DNA from: a virus | Taxonomy: Duplodnaviria; Heunggongvirae; Uroviricota; Caudoviricetes | DNA: 17,213 nt | Strand: one strand, 5' to 3' | Virus record (IMG/VR): IMGVR_UViG_2681813004_000008 | Span: 1 to 17,213 of that record | In this document: positions 16,753 to 17,213 of the stretch, one piece after another | Numbering within the stretch: position 1 is the first letter of the stretch | Layout: each line of letters starts with the position of its first letter | Notes under the pieces: generated by a model | The model's input: only the letters and a program-made list of their open reading frames with translations | Told to the model about the DNA's origin: nothing | The model's database searches: none | Made by a program: the position numbers and the translations under genes

Positions 16753-17106
16753 ATGCGTGATATTCAGATGGTTCTTGAGCGTTGGGGAGCGTGGGCGGCT
16801 AATAATCATGAAGATGTGACCTGGTCGTCCATTGCCGCCGGTTTTAAGGGATTAATTACTTCAAAAGTAAAATCTCGCCCGCAATGTTGTGACGATGACG
16901 CGATGATTATTTGCGGGTGCATGGCCCGTCTGAAAAAGAACAACAGCGATTTGCACGATTTATTAGTAGATTATTATGTAGTCGGTATGACATTCATGTC
17001 ACTGGCAGGTAAGCATTGCTGCTCTGATGGTTATATCGGGAAAAGGTTACAGAAGGCTGAGGGCATAATTGAAGGGATGTTAATGGCATTAGATATCCGG
17101 TTAGAG
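16753..17106 (+). pseudogene. quuD: Q-like late antiterminator (QuuD type), 3' end replaced by IS1
   Basis: [90 protein letters not shown]... ; the frame continues into IS1 at 17107 and ends with an IS1-encoded tail. Confidence 0.75.
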
Positions 17107-17213
17107 GGTAATGACTCCAACTTACTGATAGTGTTTTATGTTCAGATAATGCCCGATGACCTTGTCATGCAGCTCCACCGATTTTGAGAACGACAGTGAC
17201 TTCCGTCCCAGCC
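17107..17213 (-). mobile_element. IS1 partial copy, inverted relative to the copy at 1-137; window ends inside the element
   Basis: GGTAATGACTCCAACTTACTGAT terminus at 17107-17129; 17178-17213 is the reverse complement of 30-65 with one mismatch, and three differences from the left copy overall. Confidence 0.88.
17122..17213 (-). CDS. insB: IS1 transposase InsB, 3' end only (5' partial)
   Basis: Reverse complement encodes ...[15 protein letters not shown], stop at 17122-17124. Confidence 0.8.
   Translation of the reverse strand, partial: LGRKSLSFSKSVELHDKVIGHYLNIKHYQ

Noticed and set aside
1-17213. Interpretation of the whole window as an IS1 composite transposon
   Set aside because: The 9-bp sequences flanking the two inner IS1 ends differ, the copies are non-identical isoforms, and both interrupt genes whose other halves must lie outside. 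Independent insertions or IS1-mediated rearrangement fit better, but this cannot be settled without flanking sequence.

Overview
The window is the integrase-proximal ~17 kb of a DLP12-like lambdoid prophage integrated at tRNA-Arg(UCU) (argU) in an Escherichia/Shigella-type chromosome. It is bracketed by two partial IS1 copies in inverted orientation: the left one cuts fimZ, the right one cuts the Q-like antiterminator gene. Gene order: IS1 | fimZ 5' fragment | argU | int-xis (P22/DLP12 type) | small early-left ORFs including a TraR/DksA-like zinc finger | exo and bet fused in frame | gam | unknown ORF | OL-like operator repeats | terminator | PP2C phosphatase + Hanks-type Ser/Thr kinase | cI | OR | cro | cII-like | O (ori iterons, 124-bp tandem duplication) | P | ren | emrE | ybcK | ybcL | ybcM | ylcH | ybcN | ninE | ybcO | rusA | ylcG | quuD fragment | IS1. 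No rRNA or CRISPR array was seen. The strongest candidate for a novel system is the AT-rich kinase/phosphatase operon sitting directly downstream of cI, in the slot lambda uses for rexAB; I propose it as a prophage-encoded exclusion or abortive-infection module. Several signs of prophage decay are visible: the bet::exo fusion, a frameshifting duplication in O, an out-of-frame gam leader, and the IS1-truncated Q gene. All homology calls are from reading the ORF translations and from recalled reference proteins; no database search was run.
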